DNA of 64,000 bases, taken from contig CM119385.1 of assembly GCA_051294905.1 (NCBI GenBank), positions 16,120,001 to 16,184,000 of the forward strand, read 5' to 3'. The stretch's first letter is position 1. Each line of letters opens with the position of its first letter. The position numbers and the translations under genes were made by a program. This document shows positions 25,794 to 36,685 of the stretch, piece by piece. This DNA is from Botryllus schlosseri. Lineage: Eukaryota. The notes under the pieces are model-generated. The model saw only the letters and a list, made by a program, of their open reading frames with translations, did no database searches and was not told the origin of the DNA.

Positions 25794-26702
25794 TGGTTCA
25801 TTACCAATTTTATCAGTTCAATACACTACAAAATACAATGCATATACAGATACACTCCATACGATATGCATATGCTCAAAGTGCGAGTGTTGTGTTACCA
25901 TAACCATCTATGGAGTTATACAGCTTATAGCACTCGCGATTTACTGGTAAGTTACCATTACTAGTTTCCATAGTAATTTATAAGACCTGAACTAGACCGC
26001 AAACCGCACGATTTGTGCAACTTCCCAACTACGGCCAGAATACATTGCGCCAGACCTGCATCGCTATGATTATGCCGCCACGCTTCCAGCCTTTACACAT
26101 AATTGAAGAAACCAAGCAGAAAAAAGAGGAATTCCAGGGATGTCTTTGCATCTCATTCTCACCTTCAAAGTTCTTATTCTCGGGCGCCACATAGTGGTGG
26201 GTATGTCGCTCAGTGAACTGCAGTCACATACCATGGAAAACTACTCATACCGACGTCCGACAGTCCGATCATAGCCTATGGTCCGACTTCAGATTGATCT
26301 ATGGTCCGGTACCGCACTCTCGATAATAAATGAGGTGATATATCTTACTACATGTTTATATTCATGCAGATCTTCTGTATTTAAGTTAATTAGCTATTAT
26401 GGGTGTACGGTACTTTTCTTTTTATTTTCCATTTTTAAACTAATATTTTTTCCAGCCAGACTGTATAGCAGGGGTGTCAAACATACGGCCCGACAGACGA
26501 TTTCATCCGGCCCGCCAAGCGATTCTGAAAAATGGCAGCATACTTCTGAGTAGAGATTTTTAGTACGAAATACTCTCATCAAATAATCCCTAAAGACAGA
26601 AATGTATTGAACATCTATGGAGAGCGTTGGGTGACGTTTTCAGCGTGAATGTGCCTTGTTCCACAGAGAACGACGTGACTGCACAGTGCACATTCATATA
26701 CC

Positions 26703-28167
26703 CAGGGCCGTAACAGCACTTCGTCAGGCCCCCCACCAAAACGTTGGTCTTGGGCCCCGAATATGATGATAAACCGAACTTCTGGGGGGATTCACCCCCC
26801 AGACCCCCTAAGGCTATGCACTGTTTATCGCAACTTATTATCTACATTGGGGGCCGTTAGCTGAATCAGGTTTTCTCAACTGCACGCGTGAACCGCGAAA
26901 AATTTCTATAATTCATGATTGATACGGTCAATATGATCGGGAATTGCATACATATTGCTATCAATTTTTATCCTCTCTCTGCTCACGTAATCAGATTTAC
27001 AGCTCGAGCTGAGTGAGGTGTGTTTGAAAAGGTTAGCCCGTCAATAATAATTAAACATCTTTCGGCGTATAGCCTACCCGTTGGCAGTAACGAAACAGCA
27101 CTTCGTCAGGCCCCCAAAAAAACCTTGGGTCTTGGGCTCCCATAGGGTGATAAACCTACCCCAAATCACGTTACTAGCTTTTGCCACGTAATTAGCCGTA
27201 CTGTTCAGTGAGCCAGCGCGAAGCGCGAAAATTTTCGATAATTCATGATACAATCGGTCAATAAAGATCGGGAATTGCATATATATTGCTGGCAATTTCT
27301 TGACCTCTCTGCTCACGTAATCAGATTCACCGGTAGAGCTGAGTGAGATGTTATGGAAATTGTAGGGCCAGTTGGTATGACTCCGTAACATGATGTTATT
27401 TCGTGACCGCCTGTTTGCTATATCAAAAATATAGAAACGCCCAAACGTAGGCTGCTAAACATAGACGCACACGATTTCAAATTGGTATTTCTTCACTGGG
27501 ATATAATTTTTCCCTGTGGGATGGTGTTTGTCTTGTGAGGTTCCGATTGCCAAGACAGGAACATTCGGCGCCAGTCATTTAGGCGCCTGATTAAACCTGT
27601 ATGTAGTGGCGAGATAGCGCAGTGGTGCGGGTTCAAGTCCGACCGAGGTCGACTTCCGAATTCCGATACCTAAGTGTTGGAGGTTTACCTAGGCTCCTCC
27701 TCGCCACCTCATCCGCGTAAGCGGTGTCTTACAAAAGCCTAGAGGTGGGCCGAGCTATAAGTCGGCAGTTACGGAAAATAAGAAGAATATTGGCCTGGTG
27801 TAAATGACCATAGTAGTCGACAAACACCATGAATACCCCAAAAACAAAACAAAACAAACCTTGTCGGCAAGGTTTTCCCGCTGTCGATCGTTCTGGCACA
27901 CTTCCTGGAGTCGCATGTTACATGTCCTAAAACTCTATATGTCTTCGTGCATCTTGGCCCGATAATTGCCAACGCCGATATGCCCATTTCTATATATCTT
28001 GCGTAATTTTTATTGGGGGAAGAGTACCCCAAAATGAAGTTGCCCAGAGTTGCATAACTTTAAAAAAATACTCTTTAATTTATGCTAATTCACGAAATAA
28101 TTTTAGACCCCCTTCGTGCTGCCCCCCCCCCCAATTGGGGGGTTTGGGTGCGGCAGTTACGGCCCTG
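26703..28167. mobile_element. hAT MITE with internal tandem duplication and SINE insertion
   Basis: Perfect TIR CAGGGCCGTAAC/GTTACGGCCCTG; perfect 8-bp TSD CATATACC; about 26714-27060 repeated at about 27093-27365. Confidence 0.9.
27607..27859 (+). mobile_element. tRNA-derived SINE
   Basis: Pol III A-box TGGCGAGATAGCGCAGTGG, B-box GGTTCAAGTCC, body shared with 63251-63480, (CAAAA)n tail. Confidence 0.85.
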
Positions 28168-30407
28168 CATATACCTCTTCGTAGTGCACAAAGATAGATA
28201 TGGGTGGATAGATTGTTCATAGGCCGCATTATAACCATCAGACAGTGGTGTTTTAGTTACACTGTGATCACCATCAGCAACAAGTCGCCGCCATTGACAC
28301 CAGCTAATTCCGAGAAGGAAAAAAGTACACAATGAGCTCAGAGTTTTGTGGAGAAATGTGCCAAAAAGTTCGCAGAAGTGAAAACGCCAGTTAGAAACCG
28401 GTATACGCAGGCCACATGTAGGACATAATTTTCACACAAAAATATAATTAAAATATCTGTGGTCGCAATTAACTTTTGCTTATATGACTTAGCAGCTCCT
28501 CGACTTCCAGAAAAACCCGAATATCGATATAGCCTAATAACCATGAATAAAACTCCAACGTCTGCGTTTACAGTTAAATCTTCTCGCAACGCATACACAG
28601 GACCGGGGCCCCGACAGGCTATTGCCAGATGTCGACTAAAACAAAACAATCATAGCAATGTGCCAAAGTATAGCTTTAATGTCGTTAAATTCACTGTCTT
28701 AGCAGCAGGGCTGTGGAGTCGGAGTCGGAGTTTGTCTAATTTTCGCTTGATGGAGTCGGAGTCGTGAAAACTCTGGTTGCTGGAGTCGGAGTCGGAGTCG
28801 GAGTCGTGGAAAAAATACTGGCGGGAGTCGGAGTCGGAGTTAGTGAAAATGACCGCGACTTCGACTCCGACTGCGACTCCAACTTCTTCATCATGTAAAC
28901 AATTGCTTTTCAAAGATATCTTTTAAATTACTAATAATAACTATAATAGGATTTTTATGTACTATCAATCACTGTTATTAGTAACGATACAGATCGGGGG
29001 TGGACAGACCGTGTCCAGCAGGCCAAATGTGGCCCGCCAGAAGGTTTTGAGTGGCATGCGAGGTAATTTTCGAAATTAGATATAACATCAGGTAAAATTG
29101 AAAGGTCAACCAAAATTTGATTAGCCTGACCGCGAAATTTGATGATGACTAAAACATCATTTTCGACGCATTGGCGTAACCAGGGACCAGCCACATCCAG
29201 CGCAGATCTTCGTATATGACCATGACCATAAAGTAGAATATTCCGTAGCAGATTTATTTGACTTGAAGTTTTTCTTAGCACTTCGCATGATTTATTGTCA
29301 CATTTCTTGTATTTAGTATTGGAAACCCTCGTAGAAATTATAAACACGCGTAATTTACAGAATTGAGTCCAACTATACTCGCAAGTCGCAATTAGTAGAT
29401 AACGTGTCGTCCAACATGGGACTTCGCTTGTGCGCTCGAAGCGAGATCGTCGGCGATGAAACATTTGCGCAAAAAGACAGAGGTATGTCCACCGAAACTG
29501 TCGATATTGCTATGTCTAAAACGCCAAATAATTCTGTCCTTGCCCAATGCCCATTGCTATACAGAGGCGACCCCCTTATGTGCAAGTAGGCCTATTATAT
29601 TTATTGATCGAATTCATTCATTACCTTTGAAAAAATTCCGTGCTTCGCGCGACCAGGGAATGACTGCACACTGTACAGTTGCACACTGAGTTTTCATGAC
29701 ATAATTGTTATCAATTTTGAAACGTAGTCATATAAGTCTTGTTTTCAATGTTACCGAATTCGGTTCGTTCCTATCGGGCGACTAAAATAAAGCTTATCAA
29801 CATTCAAGTTCCCTGCGCAATGGTTCGTAAATCTCATGTGACCCTTTGGCCGAAAAGGTAGGCCACCGCTGACATAGATAGAATTGAACATTATCTGCAA
29901 AATACAATTCAGTTGCATAGAGGAAGAAAGAAGCTCTTTCCCATATGACAAAATTAAAAATATTTGTAGTGTAGGTTAGCTGCTTGGTTCGAACAAATGA
30001 TTAAGAAAGACTGCAAGTCCCAGTCCTTGAACACTTGACTAACTGCATGTAGACTAGGGTTGCCATACGTCCGGAATTTCTCGGACATGTCCGGAATTTC
30101 ACTGAAAAATCTGCGTCCGGGAGGAATTTTTAAAATATGGCTAAATGTCCGGAGTTTTGAAGGTTTTAAACAGGCTCAAAGGCTTTTCGTAAATCAACAT
30201 AAACAATACTATTTTCAAGCAGAGTTATGCTATTCAAAACTCTTCATCGTATAATGATATTAGTATGGGCTGGGCACCAGGCCACCAGGTACCACTCTCG
30301 TCAAAAAATGCAATCAACATTGAAATAAATCTGATTGTAATCGCAATTATAAGCTAACGGTATATTCCTAGAGTTGGTTAAGGTCCATTGGATGCTTCAG
30401 TCACAGA

Positions 30408-30605
30408 CAGTGGTTCCAAATCTTGGGGTCATTTGCCTTTATCTGGGGATCGCGATGACTTTGGACGTAATCAGCTTCCTAGGCCGTGAGTAAGTTTGGG
30501 CAAGCTGAATTTTTTTAGTAATCAGCTAATCAAATTTTGAGCTTTGCCACGGAACATTTTCAAGTTGGAAGTGGGGTTGCGACCATGAAAGGTTGGAAAT
30601 CATCG
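30408..30605. mobile_element. Degenerate short hAT MITE (CAGTGGTT-type)
   Basis: cagtggttccaaatcttggggtc ... ggggttgcgaccatgaaaggttggaaatcatcg; no intact TSD. Confidence 0.5.
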
Positions 30606-31000
30606 GATGTGCAACCTGCCGGTGCATTTTATAGTAGCCTAATATATGGAAGAATCAATATCATTGACAGAATTCATACATAAAATTTAAAAACCGAATG
30701 CATAAAGTAAGTGCACAACAAGCTATATCGACTACCCTATGGTGGGCCCAATATCAGTGCTCTTTTGGGCGGAAGGGGGCAGAAAAAATGTTGTTTTGGA
30801 CCTGATTAAAACACATAACCATATAGCCGCACCGACCTAACAGTATAGCAGGGCTGTCTGACACAATCCTGACAGGCCAGACACGGCCCGCCAGAAGATT
30901 TCATCCGGCCCGTGGAGGAATCTATTGCAGACCCTAGCCGTTAGCAATCACCAAAGCTCACATTACAGATGGCCCAATGTTCCACTCCTTTCCTGTATAG

Positions 31001-32056
31001 CAGGGGTGGGCAAACTACGGCCCGCGGGCCGCATGCGGCCCACGAGAGTCTAAATAAACTTATTATAAATATTGATAAAATGCGTTCTAAAATCGAATTA
31101 ATGCTGACACTTGATTTAACTTTTTCTTAGTATATTTCACCATGATAATTCTAAGGCAGTGGTTGTCAAACTAAGGGCGCGCCCCCACTGGGGCGTGAAA
31201 GCATCTAAAGGGGGCGCGAAGCTGAGAGCAACAGAACATTTTTTTCGCGCTACGCGCGATTTGCATGCAAGTCGTAGTTATTGCTCGGTATTTAGTCTGA
31301 ATTTCATATTTAAAAATCTCTCATCCGCAGTCGTAACCTAAAATGCCATCAAACTATCCGTTAGGTTTGCTAGCATCCTGGTTGCGTCCCATATTACATT
31401 TTATGTTCAAGTTCTGGCGCGACAGGTCGATCTCAAGGCCAACACAGTTTGAAAGGTTTCAACTGCTAAACATCACAGAAATCCTAAACGAGATTGATAG
31501 GCTATAATTCGGATCACGAGTGTGATAGCAGATTGGCCACTCCAGTTTTCATTATTTCAGTGATGTGCTTATAGAAACGATTCGCGCGTGTCTTCGTTCT
31601 CTGTATGCGTAGAATTAGGGTATTTATATTTTATCTACACATAGTAGAAGCGTGTTTGAAGCTAACATGGTTATGATACTGTCAGCTTTGTGTGTCCTGG
31701 AACTGTACCAAAAGTGGAATTAGTAACTATATGAACAGATCGCTGCTCACAGATTCAAATTTCAATCCTGTTCTAAGAATTGGGACAACCGACTTTCATC
31801 TCTATAGTTTTGACAAATTGGTTATTGAGGTCGACCAGCCTGTGAAATCTCGACACTGTTTCTGACGCGAGTACGATATCATCAAAGCAATGTTTGGTTT
31901 GTTTTAAATAAGCATATATATTATCTCCATGTCATCACTATATAATCAAATACAAATATTGCGTTTTGGTTTATAATCCCAATTTTATAATTGCGGCCCG
32001 CGAATGGATTCAGATGTTGAATGCGGCCCGCGAGCTCAAAATTTTGCCCACCCCTG
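31001..32056. mobile_element. hAT MITE (CAGGGGTGGGCAAA ends), fourth nesting level
   Basis: Perfect 14-bp TIR; perfect TSD CTGTATAG; ggcccgcg subterminal motifs; contains a further left end cagtggttgtcaaac at 31157. Confidence 0.9.
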
Positions 32057-33203
32057 CTGTATAGTGTCTCCCATTCGATGGGCAACGCTTTGCTGGTGTG
32101 ACGTCATATTGACGGACAATGTGTTACACCTCATTTTAAAATCCGCTAGTGGGCGCTTAAGAGTGTCCGGAATTTGCTTCACAAAAATATGGTAACCCTA
32201 ATGTAGACTAGACATATCTGCTATTTGACTACTTCCTAAATTTCGTTTCTGACCAATGTCTATTAGTAGTGAGAGTGTGTGTGCTTGTAATCAGTACAGT
32301 GTGTAATGAGAAAATTAGTAAGATGCATCTGTGTATCAGTTGCTGGACTCATACACAAAAGCAACACTTCGATTGTTTATCTACATTTTAATTATACAGT
32401 ATGAGATGTATGTCGTGTTCGAGTGATTCACACATATTAGGTTATTATTAGAGAGAATCCATGTTATGAAAACTGATAAAATATGAAAACGGAAGGAATT
32501 TTAAAAAAGCAATCTTTCATGCATAGTGAATAATTCGAGCTGTGCCACAATGAAACAATTATGCATGCCATCGGTAATCATATGTTTGCATATGTTTAAT
32601 GGTTATGTGATAGTCATTTAACCGTCACTGTGACTTATAATTTTCGAAGTAAATTGGTAATACTGTTGGAGTAGGGGTTGGAGTCGGAGTCGGTATTTTT
32701 AAAGACTCGGGAGTCGGAGTCGGAGCCGGAGTCGGAGTCGGTCCATTGAAAATGTGTGGAGTCGGAGTTGGAGTCGGTGGTAAAATTTACCGACTCTACA
32801 GCCCTGCTTAGCAGTTGATATAGCTGTATTCAACCGACCAAGCATCGACATTATACTAATTCCATTGTTTGCGAATAAAGGTGTGTGATGGAATAGGACC
32901 CGATGGCTGGTTAATTGAGTGTTCTAGTGGACAGCACGGGTATGGATTTTGAGATAACATTTCGGAACAATTAGACTGGTCCGATTTGAAGGCTTGAATC
33001 CGGCCCGCGACGCAACTTGAGTTTGACACCCCTGCAGTATAGAGTCAAGTATACCTGTTCGATGCGGGTGTGATCAGACTAGTTGACCCTCAAGGTCGTA
33101 TCGACCATTCCTATCTAATACCGAATACTGTGCATACATCTTTTCTGTACCGCCATCATTGCCGTCTGTTGTTAGATATGTTGGTCGGATGAAACTAAAG
33201 ACG

Positions 33204-33230
33204 CTCTCTCTCTCTCTCTCTCTCTCTCTC
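33204..33230. repeat. (CT)n microsatellite
   Basis: uninterrupted ct run. Confidence 0.95.
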
Positions 33231-33371
33231 GGCACAGTTGTTCAAAAATAACTAAATTGTTTCTGAATCTAAAGTTAGCTTTCCTAACAAACTGCTGCTC
33301 ACTAAATATGGCACGATTCCGAATGATAGATGTGAACGGACAAGAGTTTAAAAACAAAACAAATTTGACGC

Positions 33372-33413
33372 GATTCAATTCAATTCAATTTATTGCTCAT
33401 AATTGCAAACAAG
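33372..33413 (-). mobile_element. Probable 3' tail of a CR1/L2-type LINE
   Basis: Minus strand gcttgtttgcaattatgagcAATAAAttgaattgaattgaat (polyA signal plus pentamer tail); a related stub lies near 41670-41690. Confidence 0.4.
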
Positions 33414-34932
33414 CAATTCAGCTTGGCAACAGTATTTTAGGAACGAAATACAACGTCTAGTCTAAAAGCCTCGCGCTGAAAGTATAAGCAACTCGTGAAA
33501 AATTAGAGGGGACATTGCATATGATTATATTGTAGAAAAACAGTTCTATATATCCCATAGTTCTCATTGGAAACTCACATTCGACAAACTATGTCAAATC
33601 TAAAAACTTTTCGTAGCGCTACGCGCGAAATATATGCCGACAATGTTTGGAACATGTTTCCATGTGCAGCGGTTTATTGAATTTCATGTAAAACGAATTG
33701 CACGTAACACTCCCGTCACGCTAGCTCGGGGTATTTTCCACAAAATGTTTCGAACTAAGTATTTTATCCCGCAACGAACAGCGTGTCGAAATCGAAGAGG
33801 CACTGTACCACTTTTAAAATTGAGAGCCCTTTGCAAATTATCGATGTTTTGCAATTTTTAGGTCAAAATGATTAACTAAATATATTTGTATTTGAGAGCT
33901 ACAAAAATAAACTTTCATAATATATACTTTTTAGTTTTGTGACCCGCCACTTCACATGATCGTTATCTAATATGGATTGCTTTTTTGGAATACATTCAAA
34001 TTAAATTTAATAACTGGATGCATACTAAATTCAATGTGACCAAAGATCTCTACCATTATTATCTTTATTGATTTACTAGTCACAGAAAGCAATAAAACAA
34101 AACCGAATACAATGAACGTTCCCGTATTGCCAGTCGCAGAGGTGAATTCGGGATGTGTAGCCTACACCAGCCCGTATCCGATGGTTGCCATAACAACCTT
34201 GATTTGATGCCGAATGTAGCACATGCACATACAATTATTATGGAGTTAATTAGTCGAGTGGCCATCATCCTCATTTTTTAAATTTTTTATCAAATCTATA
34301 CACCACAAGATTGCGGTATAATGAAAAGATAGGAGGGTGCCGATTCAAGCTATTTCCAATAGTGAAGTCCCAACCAGAAAAGACCGACTGGACTTCGAAC
34401 TCTTACCCCTTGTTTTTACTACCGTGCTTAAAATATAGGAGGCGCCTGACCTAGGCAGTTTTTGAAAAGGGGCGTTGCAGGAAGAAAAAAATTGGGAAGT
34501 ACTTACCCCAACACCACTTTCCTGCCATGAGTCACCCAGTGTTATTGAATCCAGGTAAACCGACTCACAACGTAACGGAGTCACTTCGACCACGCCGCTA
34601 TTCCATTTCATTGCAATGAAAACACCACTTGACAAGCGACATCTCCGACAAACGTTGATTCACTTACGTTGGCAAGGTTTTCTGGTCCTGGTGTGTATAT
34701 TGTACGCGGAGGCCGAGAGTTACACGTTTAAAGCCTACAGTAACTAATAACTATGCGGTGAGAATATTTGTGTAAGGATGTAGGATAAACTGATGACAAT
34801 CTTTTGCAAACCCGCAATTTATGATGTAATTTTTCGGAATTACGAACACTGATTTCAACACCAGAATTACGGATATGTCCGGGGGATGCGGTCTTATGAC
34901 CATTGACCAGATGAAAACCCTACTGTAATTAC

Positions 34933-35335
34933 TAGGGCAAGTTTTTGTTGCAGTTAAATCCGTGAAAAGTTGCATTTATTTTTGTAAAAAGTTAAAAAGT
35001 TTCAGAAGTTGCATTTTGACCACATTTTGCTCGGTTGACTAAAAACAAAAAAGGTCAATTTTCCGGCTCAGCTCCCGAAATACCCGTAAAAGCGTTACTT
35101 CAGTGCTGATTTACGGTGTTTCAGTCGAATTTGTCCGTGTATTTCACCAAAATCGGAAATACTTTCATGAAAAATCGAGAAAGTTGCAAAATGTTGCAAA
35201 AAGTTGCATGGAAAAAATGGACAAAAGTTGCACTTTAAGATTCCTTCAAACAGCTTAAAACAGCATTTTACATATCTTACGAGTATTTAGGAAGCAGCAG
35301 GAAGCTGTAAAAAAAAGTTGCAAAAACTTGCCCTA
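34933..35335. mobile_element. Young 403-bp hAT MITE
   Basis: Perfect 15-bp TIR TAGGGCAAGTTTTTG; perfect TSD GTAATTAC; many aagttgca subterminal repeats. Confidence 0.92.
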
Positions 35336-36448
35336 GTAATTACCTATCATAATCTTCGTGATAACAACTCGCAGGTACCTGGTTATACTCTGTCATCGTA
35401 ATCAACGAAATGGGTTGATTATAGAGATAGCACTATAGGTCTAATATACTGCGGACTGTACTGCCGTAGATCTCGTACTAAAGTCATTCGGATATTTAGA
35501 AAAAGCATCACCTCGCTCACAGAAACGCTATCTTGCCCTAACTCACATAGGCCACATTAGAATGACTTGCGTCATAATTGAAAGGATTAGAAGATAGGAC
35601 TGCGTTCGAACTCCGTAACACAACCAGGACACAACAGCAACTGCGTGAAAGTAAGAAACTTCTGATTAATAAAAAATATGATTTAAACGAAAAACATAAG
35701 CATTGAAATAAATATTTACCAGCAAAAAGGACTAAAAATTACCGCCTAGAAACATACAACAGAAATAGGGATAGACAATAACAGAAACAAGACCTCCGGC
35801 TCTCCGACAAACTTAATCGAATGACTCCAGACACCGTATATAACTGACAACGTTTCGAAAGGCACATCTCATCGGTCAACGCGTTGCATAAGCGACTGCT
35901 GTCGCATCAAGGTCGTAAAACGAAAGAATAACAAGTTCGAACGGCTCAAGGTGGTGATAAAATGGCACCTTATCACCGACGCCGAGTATGCGCGTAATCA
36001 CGTAAGCGAAAAGGCAAATTCATAAATTCGTAGATCACCTATGCCACGCGCATCTTTCTTCGCATACAAAAAAGCATTTGTACAAACGTACCTGAGAATA
36101 TCGGCGAGGCATGGCTAAGCAAGGCAAGCTAACGTACCGTGCCAATATGACGTCGAAACTACGTGACGTCACAATGAAGGTGCGGTAATCTTCTAAATGT
36201 CAACCCTATCTTCCAAAGGATATAGTAAAACGATGTAAGGAATTGTATTTAGTCTCGAAACAGCACGGCAGTCCATCGGACAGGGCAAAGGAAGTGACGT
36301 GGCAAGGTTTGCATAGTTGATTGCACGTATAGGTGCGTTGACTGTTGAGAGACGCATTTCGGTAGTAATCCCAAACGGCAATATTGATACCCGGGAAATA
36401 TCGCCAGGAAGAATACAAGGTTCATTCGCCAATCGTACGGCACGATTT

Positions 36449-36685
36449 TCACGGCTGCCCTTCTTGTTTCACAACAGCGCTCGAAATTTTGCGGTCTGTA
36501 TCGTGAAAAGACGGCATCAGCCAGTGGTGGGAGCACGACAGCGATTCCGGCAGCACGTTAAGTTCGCGTTTGACCCTGGCCACGATTTTCAGCGCGCAGC
36601 CCAATTTGATGTCCATTATCTCCATCAGGTGGCGGTCGGTGAGCAGAGGAAATCCCTCGCCGTCTATTTCGTGCTTCTTGAAGTC
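36449..36685 (-). CDS. SAMD11: SAMD11-like last coding exon, SAM C-part and stop
   Basis: DFKKHEIDGEGFPLLTDRHLMEIMDIKLGCALKIVARVKREL...KQEGQP*. Confidence 0.93.
   Translation of the reverse strand, partial: DFKKHEIDGEGFPLLTDRHLMEIMDIKLGCALKIVARVKRELNVLPESLSCSHHWLMPSFHDTDRKISSAVVKQEGQP

Larger units (their letters stand above)
30055..32200. mobile_element. hAT element with TAGGGTT(G/A)CCATA ends
   Basis: TIR TAGGGTTGCCATA/TATGGTAACCCTA; perfect TSD ATGTAGAC; gtccgg subterminal motifs. Confidence 0.9.
28706..32806. mobile_element. hAT element with (GGAGTC)n subterminal arrays
   Basis: TIR CAGGGCTGT(G/A)GAGTCGG; perfect TSD CTTAGCAG; GGAGTC arrays at about 28714-28830 and 32681-32775. Confidence 0.9.
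26469..33034. mobile_element. Outer hAT MITE shell of nested cluster
   Basis: Perfect 14-bp TIR CAGGGGTGTCAAAC/GTTTGACACCCCTG; flanks CTGTATAG/CAGTATAG (1 mismatch); about 1 kb remains after removing nested inserts. Confidence 0.7.

Noticed and set aside
19105-26300. MDH2 nested in srGAP intron 1 as the main gene model
   Set aside because: A better first exon (21199-21250, homologous to the vertebrate N-terminus and in the right phase) lies between MDH2 and exon 2. Nesting remains possible only for a speculative distal isoform.
27607-27645. tRNA gene
   Set aside because: Has A and B boxes but no complete cloverleaf, and continues into a repeated SINE body.
28650-28913. Asp/Ser (DSDSDS) repeat protein or CRISPR-like array
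   Set aside because: Translation of (GGAGTC)n subterminal repeats of the 28706-32806 transposon; no spacers and no cas genes.
28955-29464. 169-aa ORF as a transposase
   Set aside because: Only a vague TCEYSW resemblance to hAT motifs; crosses MITE-end sequence; no DDE or BED features.
30841-30920. Left end at 30849 pairing with right end at 33034 (both flanked by CAGTATAG)
   Set aside because: Would break the nesting of two elements with perfect TSDs, and its TIR matches poorly. More likely a separate truncated copy using the preferred target sequence.
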